Below, in pieces: positions 26,360-38,399 of a stretch of DNA of 64,000 nt. Each line of letters opens with the position of its first letter. The first letter of the stretch is position 1. The stretch spans positions 108,750,001 through 108,814,000 of the forward strand of contig CM059432.1 in the NCBI GenBank assembly GCA_030390025.1, in the 5' to 3' direction. The position numbers were made by a program, and so were the translations under genes. The notes beneath the pieces are model-generated. The model did not search any database, was not told the origin of the DNA, and saw only the letters and a list, made by a program, of their open reading frames with translations. This stretch comes from Squalus acanthias. Its lineage: Eukaryota.

Positions 26360-27900
26360 GGTGTGATTTTAACCTAGCCCGCCGGCGGGAACAGTGCGTG
26401 CGGGGGGGTGGGGGGGGGGGGTGCTTAAAATTGTGCCTGGGTACTTACAGCCCATGCCCGAACTATTCCCGTCCCACCCAACCGCCATTTTAACTGACAT
26501 TGTTTTAGATTCAAGACAGGTGCCTGCCCCAGGGGCAGGGGCCTCATCAACACCATTTTAACTGAAGATAATGGAAGCCCCATCCAGTCCTGGACCCGCC
26601 AGCAAAACCTGGTGTGTGAGAGCTGCTGAAGTATGTAAAAAGAGACTCTCAGCTGCAGCTCACTTCTTGCTGTTGGGTTTTCCAGGAAAGTTTGCAGCTT
26701 CCAGATCACTACTTTCACACTTTCTTTGCCTTACCACCCTTAGTAAGCTTTCTGTCCTTATTATGGGTGCAATTATTGCTACTTTATTCTGGATGGAGCA
26801 AGACTTGGAGGAGGAGGCGCAGCAGCCTCAACAACCACCATGAGCAGCAGCTGGGCCTCGCAGAAGACAACAGGTGAGGGAGCCTGTTCGTAGGAGACGA
26901 AGTTGATAGTGAGGAAGAAAGCTGTAGACTGCAGAAAACTATCAATGGATTGGTCAAGTGGGCAGAAAAGTGGCAAACGGAATTCAATCTGGAGCAGTGT
27001 GAGGGCAGACAAGGCAAGGGAATTCACAATAAATGGTAGGACACTGAGAAGTGTAGAGAAACAGAGGAACCTTGGAGTGCATGTCCACAGATCCCTGAAG
27101 GTAGTAGGACAGGTAGATAAAGGCGTTTAAGAAGGCATAGGGGATACTTTCCTTTATTAGCCGAAGCATAGAATATAAGAGTAAGGAGGTTATGCTAGAA
27201 CTGTATAAAATACTAATACAAAAGCAAAATACTGCAGATGCTGGAAATCTGAAACAAAAACAGAAAACGCTGGAAACACTCAGCAGGTCAGGCAGCATCC
27301 GTAGAGAGAGAAACAGAGTCAACATTTCAGGTCAATGACCCTTCGTCAGAACTGGAAAAAGTTGGAGATGTAACAGGTTTTTAAGCAAGTGTAGGGGCAG
27401 GGAGAGGGGGGAGGAGCCTAACACTAGTTAGGCCACAGCTAGAGTACTGTGTACAGTTCTGGTCACCTCATTACAGGAAGGATGAGGATCAATGCAGGAG
27501 GAGACTGCGCTTCTCTGGGCAGGCAGTTAATGACCTCTGCAGCCTCCTGGAATAGGATCTGTTGCCTGCTGGACCAGGAGGGAATGCTTTGCCTGTGGCC
27601 CTTAAAGTCATCACAGCCCTGAATTTCTTCGGCACTGAATCCTTCCAGGCTGGTCCTGGGGACATCAGCCACATCTCCCAGTCTTCAGTACACAGCTGCA
27701 TTAAGCAGGTCCCCAACGCCCTGTTTGTCAGTTCATCACCCTCTCTATTGACCTCAGCAGTCAACAAGAGAGAGCTCGGAGCTTTTTAGCAGTGGCTGGC
27801 ATCCCTCGTGTGCAGGTCATCATTGCCTACAAACATTTTACCAACAGGGCACCAAAACAGGAGGGAGCAATGTTTGTGCCAGGCTCTTCAGCTGAGAGAC
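26360..27900 (+). mobile_element. Decayed Harbinger transposase region interrupted by CR1 (about 26890-27490) and a Penelope-like piece
   Basis: ALPVALKVITALNFFGTESFQAGPGDISHISQSSVHSCIKQV and AGIPRVQ are HARBI1-like motifs. Confidence 0.78.
27215..27415 (-). mobile_element. Penelope-like element terminal fragment with a degenerate minimal hammerhead
   Basis: gatgctggaaatctgaaa...ctcagcaggtcaggcagcatc. The reverse strand reads GTT-CTGACGA-AGGGTCATTGACCT-GAAA-TGTT-GAC. Confidence 0.7.
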
Positions 27901-29291
27901 AACGCCTGCTGACTCTCTGGCCATCAACGCCTTGCTCCTCACATAAGAACATAAGAACATCACGTGTCACTTCCAGCTGCTCAGTCATGCCTTTGTGTGC
28001 CCTCCCCTCTCCCTTTTTATCTAACTCCCATGGGATAGATGCCTCTGGGCTGGTGCTTGGGAGAGATAGAGTGAGGGTATGTGCTGCGAAGTGTTGGCGT
28101 TGATGGATGCTGAGGAGCCTGTGTCTTTTTGCTGCAGCATGTCTGGGGGAAAAAGAAGAAAGAAAGATTATATTGGTTTCTTGAGGAATGGAGCCCACAT
28201 GTTGCTGCCAGTCAGAGGAGTGAGTTGAGGGTTTGATCATATGGTTCACTGACGATTAAGGAAGGGTACACTAGGAGGAGAAAAAGAATATCCTGATGAA
28301 CCCTCAGCTGGCTCAGGCCTTCCAACTTCCTTATATCCAACACCTTCGATAGCCTCTCTCTCCCTGATCTGTTGCCAGGCCGGGTAAGAGATCTCAGGTT
28401 TGGGGATCTACCATCTGTCACCAATCTTTTCCTGACTGTTAAAAGCTGTGTTCTCCTTTAAAAAGAACGCAAAGCGTAAGAATTTCCTTTTGAATACTAT
28501 GAGATACAATAAAATCCAGAGGTCTGCTTGTAGCCCTGAATGGTTTTATTTTAAAATCTTGTTACCGTAGATTATTTTGATTCTCATATAACTCTCAATT
28601 CCCCATATATTTGAGAGTGCCCATCTTGCCTTAAGATCTAGGTAAGCTTTTGGTAACACATCCATGAAAATGAAGGGGAAACCCTGGTTGACAATTGATT
28701 TCAGTTACTGGACTATCTTAATCTTCCATTAGATCACACCTCAGTTTTTGAAAGTTGTAGAGCATCACATGAGACCTTGTGAGAACTGGATGAGTCATCA
28801 GGACCAACTGAAGCCACCTTTCTGGGTGTGTTTGTCTTCCATGCACAGGTGCTACCTTTAGGGCTCACCCCAATATAATTACATTCTTACATTAAAATAT
28901 CTTCTATCTATCTCCTTGATTGGTAGTCTAAATAATAAAAGATTGCAACTCTAAGAACTAAAATAATCATTTATAAATAGCTATTAATCTTTCTCCTGTC
29001 TTTCAGGACATTCAGTTCTTCTCAAATTATCTCTTAACTGCTTATCTAAGACTTGAAGATTTTTCTTCCCATGAAGGTCTCTAACTGCCTACTGTTCCCT
29101 TGAGTAGAATAGCTCTTTCTATCTAACCGTGAAAAGAGGTACAAGGACCTCCTGGATTTTGAATTCCTGACCTCTCAAATTCAAAAAGGAACTGTCAATA
29201 ATTTACAAACTGAACCAATCATAGAGTCTGTTTATTTGAAAATTATATGTTGGGACTGTTTACGGAGAGATTATATAGGGTGATTGCATGT

Positions 29292-30947
29292 AAGGCTGTG
29301 CGTGAAGGACCATTTCCAGGTGAAGGCTGTGGGTGAAGGACCATTTCCAGGTGAAGGCTGTGGGTGAAGGACCATTTCCCGGTGAAGGCTGTGGGTGAAG
29401 GACCATTTCCAGGTGAAGGCTGTGGGTAAAGGACCATTTCCAGGTGAAGGCTGTGGGTAAAGGACCATTTCCCGGTGAAGGCTGTGAGTGAAGGACCATT
29501 TCCAGGTGAAGGCTGTGAGTGAAGGACCATTTCCAGGTGAAGGCTGTGAGTGAAGGACCATTTCCCGGTGAAGGCTGTAGGTGAAGGACCATTTCCAGGT
29601 GAAGGCTGTGGGTGAAGGACCATTTCCCGGTGAAGGCTGTGAGTGAAGGACCATTTCCCGGTGAAGGCTGTGAGTGAAGGACCATTTCCCGGTGAAGGCT
29701 GTGAGTGAAGGACCATTTCCAGGTGAAGGCTGTGAGTGAAGGACCATTTCCAGGTGAAGGCTGTGGGTGAAGGACCATTTCCCGGTGAAGGCTGTGAGTG
29801 AAGGACCATTTCCCGGTGAAGGCTGTAGGTGAAGGACCATTTCCAGGTGAAGGCTGTAGGTGAAGGACCATTTCCAGGTGAAGGCTGTGGGTGAAGGACC
29901 ATTTCCCGGTGAAGGCTGTGAGTGAAGGACCATTTCCCGGTGAAGGCTGTGAGTGAAGGACCATTTCCAGGTGAAGGCTGTGAGTGAAGGACCATTTCCC
30001 GGTGAAGGCTGTGAGTGAAGGACCATTTCCCGGTGAAGGCTGTGAGTGAAGGACCATTTCCCGGTGAAGGCTGTGAGTGAAGGACCATTTCCAGGTGAAG
30101 GCTGTGAGTGAAGGACCATTTCCCGGTGAAGGCTGTGAGTGAAGGACCATTTCCAGGTGAAGGCTGTGAGTGAAGGACCATTTCCAGGTGAAGGCTGTGA
30201 GTGAAGGACCATTTCCAGGTGAAGGCTGTGGGTGAAGGACCATTTCCCGGTGAAGGCTGTAGGTGAAGGACCATTTCCAGGTGAAGGCTGTGGGTGAAGG
30301 ACCATTTCCCGGTGAAGGCTGTGAGTGAAGGACCATTTCCCGGTGAAGGCTGTGGGTGAAGGACCATTTCCCGGTGAAGGCTGTGAGTGAAGGACCATTT
30401 CCCGGTGAAGGCTGTGGGTGAAGGACCATTTCCAGGTGAAGGCTGTGGGTAAAGGACCATTTCCCGGTGAAGGCTGTGAGTGAAGGACCATTTCCCGGTG
30501 AAGGCTGTGGGTGAAGGACCATTTCCAGGTGAAGGCTGTGGGTGAAGGACCATTTCCCGGTGAAGGCTGTGGGTAAAGGACCATTTCCCGGTGAAGGCTG
30601 TGGGTGAAGGACCATTTCCAGGTGAAGGCTGTGGGTGAAGGACCATTTCCAGGTGAAGGCTGTGGGTGAAGGACCATTTCCAGGTGAAGGCTGTGAGTGA
30701 AGGACCATTTCCAGGTGAAGGCTGTAGGTGAAGGACCATTTCCAGGTGAAGGCTGTGAGTAAAGGACCATTTCCCGGTGAAGGCTGTGAGTAAAGGACCA
30801 TTTCCCGGTGAAGGCTGTGAGTAAAGGACCATTTCCAGGTGAAGGCTGTGAGTGAAGGACCATTTCCAGGTGAAGGCTGTGGGTGAAGGACCATTTCCCG
30901 GTGAAGGCTGTGGGTGAAGGACCATTTCCCGGTGAAGGCTGTGGGTG
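29292..30947. repeat. 31-bp minisatellite GGTGAAGGCTGT(GG/GA/AG)GT(G/A)AAGGACCATTTCC(A/C), about 53 copies
   Basis: Period 31 measured (catttcc at 29311 and 29342). Units abut with no spacers. Confidence 0.97.
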
Positions 30948-31089
30948 TAAAAGCATCATGTAGCCTCCTGGGCATTGATGTTAAGCAATTCAGGCACTTT
31001 AGCAGAGTGTCAGAGGAAATCACTGTAACTTGACTTGGTTAGTACAGTACATTCTTAGAAGGTGTAGCTGACTCTTTCTACCTTACCTG

Positions 31090-31380
31090 ACCTGTTGAGG
31101 TCATTAAACTTCATCCTGCACTGCGAGGTAGTCTGTGGCGCTGTGGAGTTTGCACATCCCTAGCCACCTCTCTCCACTGGCTTTGAGTTGCCCTCCATCT
31201 CTCCGTTCCACAGAGGATCCCCTCATGTCCCTGACCTCCTGAAGGGGCACTTCCATATCTGCATCAGCAAACCTGGCAGCTTTGTTCCCTTCATCAGATC
31301 TATGCAGCAAATTTTTGTGGTCACTTGCTAAAAGTCTTCTGAGGATGGCTGCCCCTTTAAACACTGTAGCAGCACGCTAT
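31090..31380 (-). pseudogene. Harbinger-associated Myb/SANT-like gene remnant
   Basis: ORF 31104..31364 KAARFADADMEVPLQEV...W matches the PRFS..LE.L..EV start of these Myb/SANT proteins. Confidence 0.55.
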
Positions 31381-32698
31381 TTCCTGCACCCCAAATAGAG
31401 GCATTGCCAAAAGCTGGAGCACATGCAAATTATGCAAATCAGACTGACCAGCAAATTATGGTTCATAACGTTGCCCTGCCAGCAGGGCTCATGCACACAT
31501 ACAACATCTAGACTTATAGGGCTAGAAATTTGTGTTTGCCACGAAAGTTGCTGGTGTCACCGGCAACTGGAGTTAAAGGCACTGAAAATGCTAAGGAGGA
31601 TAATGGTGGCGCAGCGCTAACCTTCCATGTAATGCTCTCCTGATGGCATTAGTGGAGACCTCTGAGGCGAAGTTCCCGTCCACAGTCGGCGTTCGAGCTT
31701 CACACAGCCTCTGGGAGCGAGGCGGCAGAGTTCGCAAGGAATTGTGGGCAATTAAAAGGGGCAATGCACTCAGAACTGATACAAAAAAATGCAGTGAAAA
31801 AATACTGTTTTCAGCCCTTTCTGCCTTTAAAAAAAATTAACATTAAAAAGAAGTCCCAAATGTGATTATTCAGCTCAAAGCTGAATTTCCTTCCGAACCT
31901 CAAAAAATGGGAAAACTGCTTCAGCATTAACACAAATGGTTCAGCAAGTCAGGGAAGGGCCACCCAGGGTCTCACACGCAGCACTCCAGCTTTGTGCAGG
32001 GGGTCAACACTGCAAGAAAGGTCCTCTACCCACAGGGGCCAGGAGGCCCTCCAGAAAGAATAATGTGGAACCACATCACCGAGGCCGTCACTGCCAGCAG
32101 TGTCACCCCACCACCTGGCTCCAGTGCCCAAAGAAGCTTCATGACCTCCGACCACTGGTCAAGGTCAGTGAATGCATCTTCAAAAGCCATCTGCTACCAA
32201 CTGAATCACTAGCCTCACACATTGCTCAATGCATGACCCCACCCCCAATCACTCACCTATGAACAATCTGCACCAAGCACGAGGCACATCTCCCATTCCT
32301 AGCCTCAACTCACCCCCTTGGAGGAGACGGTGCTGGCCATTCTTGGCAGGGGCGTGGCTGAGCCCTTGGCCAGCGGCGGGGCTGAAAGGATAAAAGATGC
32401 TGGTATCCTAATACGTTGTCCTCCTCACATGTACCTCTTGCTTTCCCACCCTCCTGTCACCAAAACTCCACCCTTGTGCCTTTCTCATTTCACGCACCCA
32501 AGAAATGCAGCCTGCCCAGCCAGTGGTTGACCAAGAAGAGGGAGAGGAGAGTGAAGAAGAAGAAGAAGAAGAAACACCATCATTTGATTTGACACTCCCA
32601 GCCACCAGCTCCTCAAGGTCGACCAGCATGGCCATTTGTAGTGTCCCCCATTCTGCGTGACATCAGTAGGATAGGCATAGGCACACACAAGACATTAA

Positions 32699-32783
32699 GG
32701 GAAAAATTGGGTCGCGCCCCCTATGGGGCGCTAACTTCGCCGGGGTGCTAATGGGAGGTGCAAATCAACCGAATTTTTCCCCC
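32699..32783. mobile_element. 85-bp ends-only derivative of MITE family A, TAA TSD
   Basis: GGGAAAAATTGG...CCGAATTTTTCCCCC, flanked by TAA on both sides. Confidence 0.75.
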
Positions 32784-33109
32784 TAAGGGATTGCATAAGG
32801 GTGATGAGTTGATTTCTTGATGTCATATTGGATGGATAGATGTATAAAGTTGGATTGGAAGGTTTGCTTTGTGGTGGCTTTTATTTCAGCACTGTGGCCA
32901 CGTGGACGCTGTGATGGTCAGTAACAGAGGCAAGGGAAGGTATGGGACAAATGTAGAAAGGGGAATTGGGGTTGTGGTCATTGGTACTGCAGGCGGATGA
33001 TTCCATCCCGGATATCTCAGCCAGAAAGAGGCTGTCTGGGTTGCATCCTTCCTTCTGCTTCCTCCTGTTCGGCTTCTTCCTCTTCTGTGTCTTCCTCTTC
33101 CCTTTGCGA

Positions 33110-33250
33110 GCGGATGCTGTAAATCTGAAATGACAGCATAAAATGCAGGAAATACTCAGCAGGTCAGGCAGCATCTCGACCTGAGACGTGAACTCTGTTT
33201 CTCTCTCTACGGATGTTGCCTGACCTGCTGAGTATTTGCAGCATTTTCTG
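33110..33250. mobile_element. Penelope-like terminal sequence in inverted (fold-back) arrangement
   Basis: Arms 33140-33175 (aaaatgcaggaaatactcagcaggtcaggcagcatc) and 33212-33247 are near-perfect reverse complements. Same family as 27215. Confidence 0.75.
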
Positions 33251-33452
33251 CCTTTCTAAGAGGCCTTCCTTTACCAGCCGAGGCCTTGCAAGTGCCAGCA
33301 GCACTCCCTACACACTTAAAAAAACTTTTAGCATCAATTGCAGCAAGCCACTACTTCAATAAAATCAAAAAAACCCAGTCCAAAAGGTTAAATCCAAACT
33401 TACCGGAAAGATGTGTGTGTCCCTTTAAGAGGTGCTAACATTGTCACTGACT

Positions 33453-33489
33453 TCACCTGACGAAGGAGCAGCGCTCCGAAAGCTTGTGA
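33453..33489 (+). ncRNA. Minimal type I hammerhead ribozyme motif (Penelope-like element type)
   Basis: TCAC-CTGACGA-A-GGAGC(AGC)GCTCC-GAAA-GCTT-GTGA. The CUGANGA and GAAA core is intact, stem I is TCAC/GTGA, stem II is 5 bp, and palindromic AAGCTT replaces stem III. Confidence 0.78.
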
Positions 33490-33999
33490 TTTCAAATGTG
33501 AAGTCACAGGACTATAACCTGGTGTTGTGCGACTTCTGACATTGTCACTGTCAGCCAGCTTGCACGCCAAGTTTACCTGGCGTGCTTAGGACTCAGCGCT
33601 GAATTCAACGCTAGGGTCAAAGTTCGGGGTGGTGACGTTAAGTCGGCGTTGCACACCGATTGACGTCACCATGCCATCATTCTTTTCCCCGGGGTCACAA
33701 AGGGAGGGAGGATAATGACAACCGCCACGGGACCTGCCACCAACTGGCGAAAGAGCAGCGGCTGCCAGTTTTCTGCCATTTCATGGCGCTATGGAGTGGC
33801 GGTAAGTCGATGAATTTCTGGCCCATAACAACTTGTAGGACTTAACTGTGAAAAGTGGCAGTGGTATACTGTCACAGGTGATCCAGGAATATTTATCTCC
33901 CATATAAATTATAATCAACTGTTAGATTCACCCAGTAGTATCCAATACTATCAAGGAGGAGGAGGCCTGCATCTGAACTGAATTACACTGACAAACAAT

Positions 34000-34714
34000 G
34001 GCCCGTATTTTCCAATTGGAGGTTTCCTGCGTGCGGAGGCCTTCGATCTGGAAAAATCTACGAGGGCTCCCGAGGTGCATATACTTCCGTTCCTGGGCCT
34101 CTCCAACTCGAAATGCACAGTGCCCACGTACCCCAGAGGTGCATGCGGTTCGCAAGCGTCCCTGGGATCACGTGGGCCATGGGGAGCCAATCGGAGAAGG
34201 GAATCTCCTTTCATACACTTGACAGATAGACCTGTCAAATATATGAATGGCGATCACCCCAAAAATACAGTAAAACATTAAATAAACTTAAAAAAAAATC
34301 ACGAGTTCAAATTACAATAAATTAAATATTTTAAACAAAAATGTAATTTTTTGAAAAAAATAATTAATGTTTTTACGGGGCTAAAAATAGACTTAACTTT
34401 TTTTAAAGTATTTTTAAATGATAAATGAGTGGAAAAAAAATTCATTTTTTTTTTACTTTTTTCAACTCTTATGCTGGTAAAAGCAGGCCTTACGCCTGTT
34501 TTTACCAGGCGTAAGATTTCTAAGGGTTTTCTGCAGGCGGATGTTCTCCAGAAAGCGGAACTCTCCGCCCACAGAGGCCCTTCTCCAGGGCAGGCAGATT
34601 GGAAATGCTGGTTTTCAGTGCATGCGCTTCGCATGCCTGAAACCGGCATTTCCAATGTCCCTACGGGTGTGTACACAACTCGTACACACCCGTAGGCATC
34701 GGAATATACGGCCC
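34000..34714. mobile_element. Non-autonomous Harbinger-type element (MITE family B), AAT TSD
   Basis: TIRs GGCCCGTATTTTCC / GGAATATACGGCCC. AAT at 33997-99 and 34715-17. AT-rich core with hairpins. Confidence 0.85.
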
Positions 34715-35809
34715 AATATGTTATTGTGATGACGGAAGCCAGGCTAGTTCAGATCTGACGACAGTGGAGTGAATTAATTTGGCCCCGTGGAAGCTGCTGA
34801 GCTGAGAGGTAGGAATTTAGCAGTAGTAGTTATAGTAGTAGAACAATATGGTATCAGGACTGCTATGGCTCAGTTCTCAAAGCATCTATGGGTTGCTTGT
34901 TATGCTTTCCACAATTTCACAGCGATTCTTCTTTGCACATGTTTCCTGTTTGTTGGATATTCAGATCTCAGTAAACATTCCTGGATTTCAGCCACAGCAT
35001 ACATTTTGCAGCATAGCAATGAGTGGGAGGGGAATAACTGCGTGGAATACAGCTTGTGCTGAATTCTCAAGCGCTTTGCAAAAACCCAATTGTAGAAGTT
35101 TTTCAGCCGGTAAATTGCACAACTGCTGTGGTCCTGTTGCCGAACATTCAGTTGACACAGTCACTTCAAGGGCACCAGCGTCAATTCTCCTGATGCCCCT
35201 TCTGCTCATTCATACCATTCGGAATATTTCAGTTCTGGTTTCAGCTGGGGAGCCTGGAGCATTCTTTTACATTTTAAATTGTTCACTTCCAATTAACAAG
35301 TCAAATTCTGCTATCCCAAGAGCTGGGCAGTGATGTGATTGTGAGGCAAGCCATCTGCTCACTTGAGTAACTTCCAATTTTGTGTATTAGTTATCTGCAT
35401 TACACCAGATAGCAGGGGTTGGAATCAGACAATAACACTTTTGGCGGAAAAACAAAACTCACTGCAAAAAGAAAAAAAATTCGTCAAGAATTGCAGCAGC
35501 TTGGGAACTGAACACTTGTTTCAGAATTTTGGAAACCTTATTTGAGCTGAGCTGAGTCAACCCAGTCTGGGAGAAATGTCATTCACTGGGGTGATGAACA
35601 CTAATTTTACTTTAGAATACAATCTGTTTCAGACATCTGTCAATTTTTAAACAATATTCCACAAGCTTAAACCAGAGTCACTCTTGCCGATCATAACATT
35701 CAGCGACACTGGGAATCACTGGGACTGTCTAGACACACTGCAGTGGCCTTTCTGAACCTGCACATTCCCATGTTCCTGTGTAACATACCCTGCCTGGTGT
35801 TGGTAGGAG

Positions 35810-37538
35810 GTGAGGGAATTTTAAGCCCCTGAGAACGGGTGGGTGGGGGGTGAAAATTTGTGATTTTTAGAGCAGGAGCGCAACCCGACTCCACCGCGCC
35901 ACTTCTGGGTTTAACAGAGCTGCGTTTGGATGCTGGCAAGAAACCTACTTGCCGAAGTCGGGATTTAATAATTGGATGGAGGTGGCTACTTATAATTAAC
36001 GTCCTTAGGAGATGTTAATGAGCTCTTTTTAAATTGTTTTTAACTTGGCTCCAAATCTTACTGGAGCAGCGCGGATTTCCCGGGGCTCTGGAAACTGACC
36101 AGGGAAACGGAGGTGAGTTTGAGCAGCAGTTCAGGTGGGTATTTAAACTTCTCACTGTCCCATCTGAATAAAAGCTCACTTATTGCAGCTGGTGTCTCAG
36201 TTATTGCTGGCAAATGTTTGGCAGAGAGTGCTTGTGTGGATACAGCTTTTTTTTCAACCTTTGAGGATTTCAAATTGACAAGATCAGATGGGAGGCTCCT
36301 TGGATGTGTTTGACAGCACATCAGAAGAGGAAGACCATCACTATCCATGCAGCGACGACATGCTGTGGTGGGATCAGCATGTGCACAGGAGAGAGGTTCA
36401 CAGGAGGGACTTGTATCGGAAGGTGTTGCACAAGAGGGAGTTGCACAAGAGGGAGATGCACAGGAGGGAATTGCACAGGAGGGAGACTCACAGGAGGGAG
36501 TTACACAGGAGAGGGGCCGAGTTTGCAGGAGGCACTACCAACATCACAGGGTTTACAGCTTCCTTTATCTCTCAGAAGAGCAGTGCTTCCGTAGGCTGAG
36601 GCTGTCACGTCAGGTGGTGGCAGACATCTGGTGCCTCCTGCAGGAAGACCTGCTCCCTGCTGGATCTTGTGGCCACACATTACCAGTTGCTGTCAAAGTG
36701 ACCACTGCCTTCAAATTTTACACCTCCGAATCCTTCCAGGATGCTACCAGCGATCTCCCAGTCAACTGCATATAAATGCATAAGGCAGATCACTGATGGA
36801 TTGTTTGCCAGGGCTGACTATTATGTAAACTTCCGCTGTGAAGACAATAGCCAGAATGAACGGGCACTTAGATTCGCCTCTCTGGCTAAATTCCCACAGA
36901 TACAGGATGCACAGCTGGTGTGCAACCATAAGAAGAGATTCATGCAGGTCTGTGCCAGATTCCCTGGGAGCTGTCATGATGCCTTCACACTGACGCAGTC
37001 CAACATCCCAGAAGTTTTCGTTCCAGGAAACAGACATAAGGGCTGGCTCGTAGGAGCCAAGCGATACCCATTTCAAACTTGGCTCATGACACCTGTGAGG
37101 AACCCCACCAGCGCAGGAGCACTACAACGAGAACCACGACCACCAGGTGTGTCATAGAGCAAGCCATTGGAATGTTGAAAATGCGCTTCAGGTTCCTAGA
37201 TAGGTCAGGAGGCGCCCATCAGTACTCGCCAGCAAGGGTGTCCAGAATGATAGTGGTGTGCTGCGTCTTGCACAACGTTGCGCAGCAGAGAGGAATGTAG
37301 TTGGAGGAGGACGAAAGGGTTCATCACTCATCTTCGGATGAGGAGAACATAGAGGAGCAGGAGGAGGATGAAGATGGGGCACCCATCGCCAGACCAGCCG
37401 CTTACATTGCTGCCTGGGACGCCCGAATATCGGTAAGGTTCACCTAGTGTGAAACGTAACAAATTAAATCCTGCTGCCTGCAGTCCTGCACATCGCAATC
37501 CCTGCGCCCGTTATCAGGAGCAAACGGATTTCTAGGCC
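35810..37538 (+). mobile_element. Defective Harbinger element with a transposase pseudogene (about 36290-37446)
   Basis: LSEEQCFRRLRLSR, LPVAVKVTTA, FPGSCHDAF, WLMTP and VIEQAIGMLKMRFR. The first catalytic Asp motif is deleted and GD has become GA. 15-bp repeats (AQEGV) in the N-terminus. Confidence 0.85.
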
Positions 37539-37729
37539 AGGGTGTCGGTGAGCTGCCGCGATTATTCCTATAAGGCAAAGTTTTTCTCTTTCTGTTAATG
37601 GGGGTTCTCCATCCAATTTGTTATTCTCACCCAAATAGAATTCTTAAACTGACATATGAACTGAGTTTAGTTTTCCTCGGGGATCATTTTAATTGCACAT
37701 TACTCTTCGGTTTGAGCTGTGAGCATTGT

Positions 37730-38075
37730 CCCATTCTGCACTGTATTGTGTTGTACTATTTGAAGCTGTATTGTACTGTTCTGATTTGTATTCTGTACTT
37801 TATTTTATTGTACTATATGGTATTGAATTGTACTGTATTATTCTGTATTGTATTTTGTACTGTTGGTCTGTGCTGTATTGTATCCTGTATTGTATTATAT
37901 TGTACTACATTCTGTTATACTTCATTGTTTTGTACTCTCGTGTACTGTATCATATTATATTCAATGGTATTGCACTGAACTTTATTGTATTGTATTCAAT
38001 AGTCTTGTGCTGTATTATAATGCACTGGATTGTGCAATACATTATCATTCTGTGTTGAATTATACTGTGCTGTGC
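37730..38075. repeat. Degenerate pentanucleotide (TATTG/TACTG)n repeat
   Basis: Seen directly. Confidence 0.85.
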
Positions 38076-38399
38076 TTCTCTAGAAGCAGACACTGACACC
38101 CAGTAGCTACCTATCTTACTTCCTCCTTCTACTGAGGAAACAAGAAGGAGCCTGCAGTTTGGAAGTAGAAGACAAATATTACACACTGTCATGAAGAGGA
38201 AGCACCAGGGTAAAACAAACTGAATGCACCTGCAGCACACACTGTTAGAATAAATAACATTTGGCTTAACTGTTACTCTAATGTGTGGTGAAATTTTATT
38301 TGGGATGGGGCAGAACAAAGTAGCTGAGGAGAAATAACTGTTTTATTCACAGATCCTGATGTAATGCTGGGGGCAGTGGTGGTGATGTTTTAGTTGAAC

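Larger units (their letters stand above)
31519..33824 (+). mobile_element. Internally deleted Harbinger element carrying Myb/SANT gene remnants, ATA TSD
   Basis: TIRs GGGCTAGAAATT / AATTTCTGGCCC. ATA at 31516-18 and 33825-27. 31936-32610 is homologous to the Myb gene at 53917-53050. Confidence 0.85.

Noticed and set aside
29243..31023. 560-587 aa ORFs and a CRISPR-like appearance
   Set aside because: The ORFs are by-products of a stop-free 31-bp tandem unit. Units abut with no unique spacers, there are no cas genes, and the context is eukaryotic.
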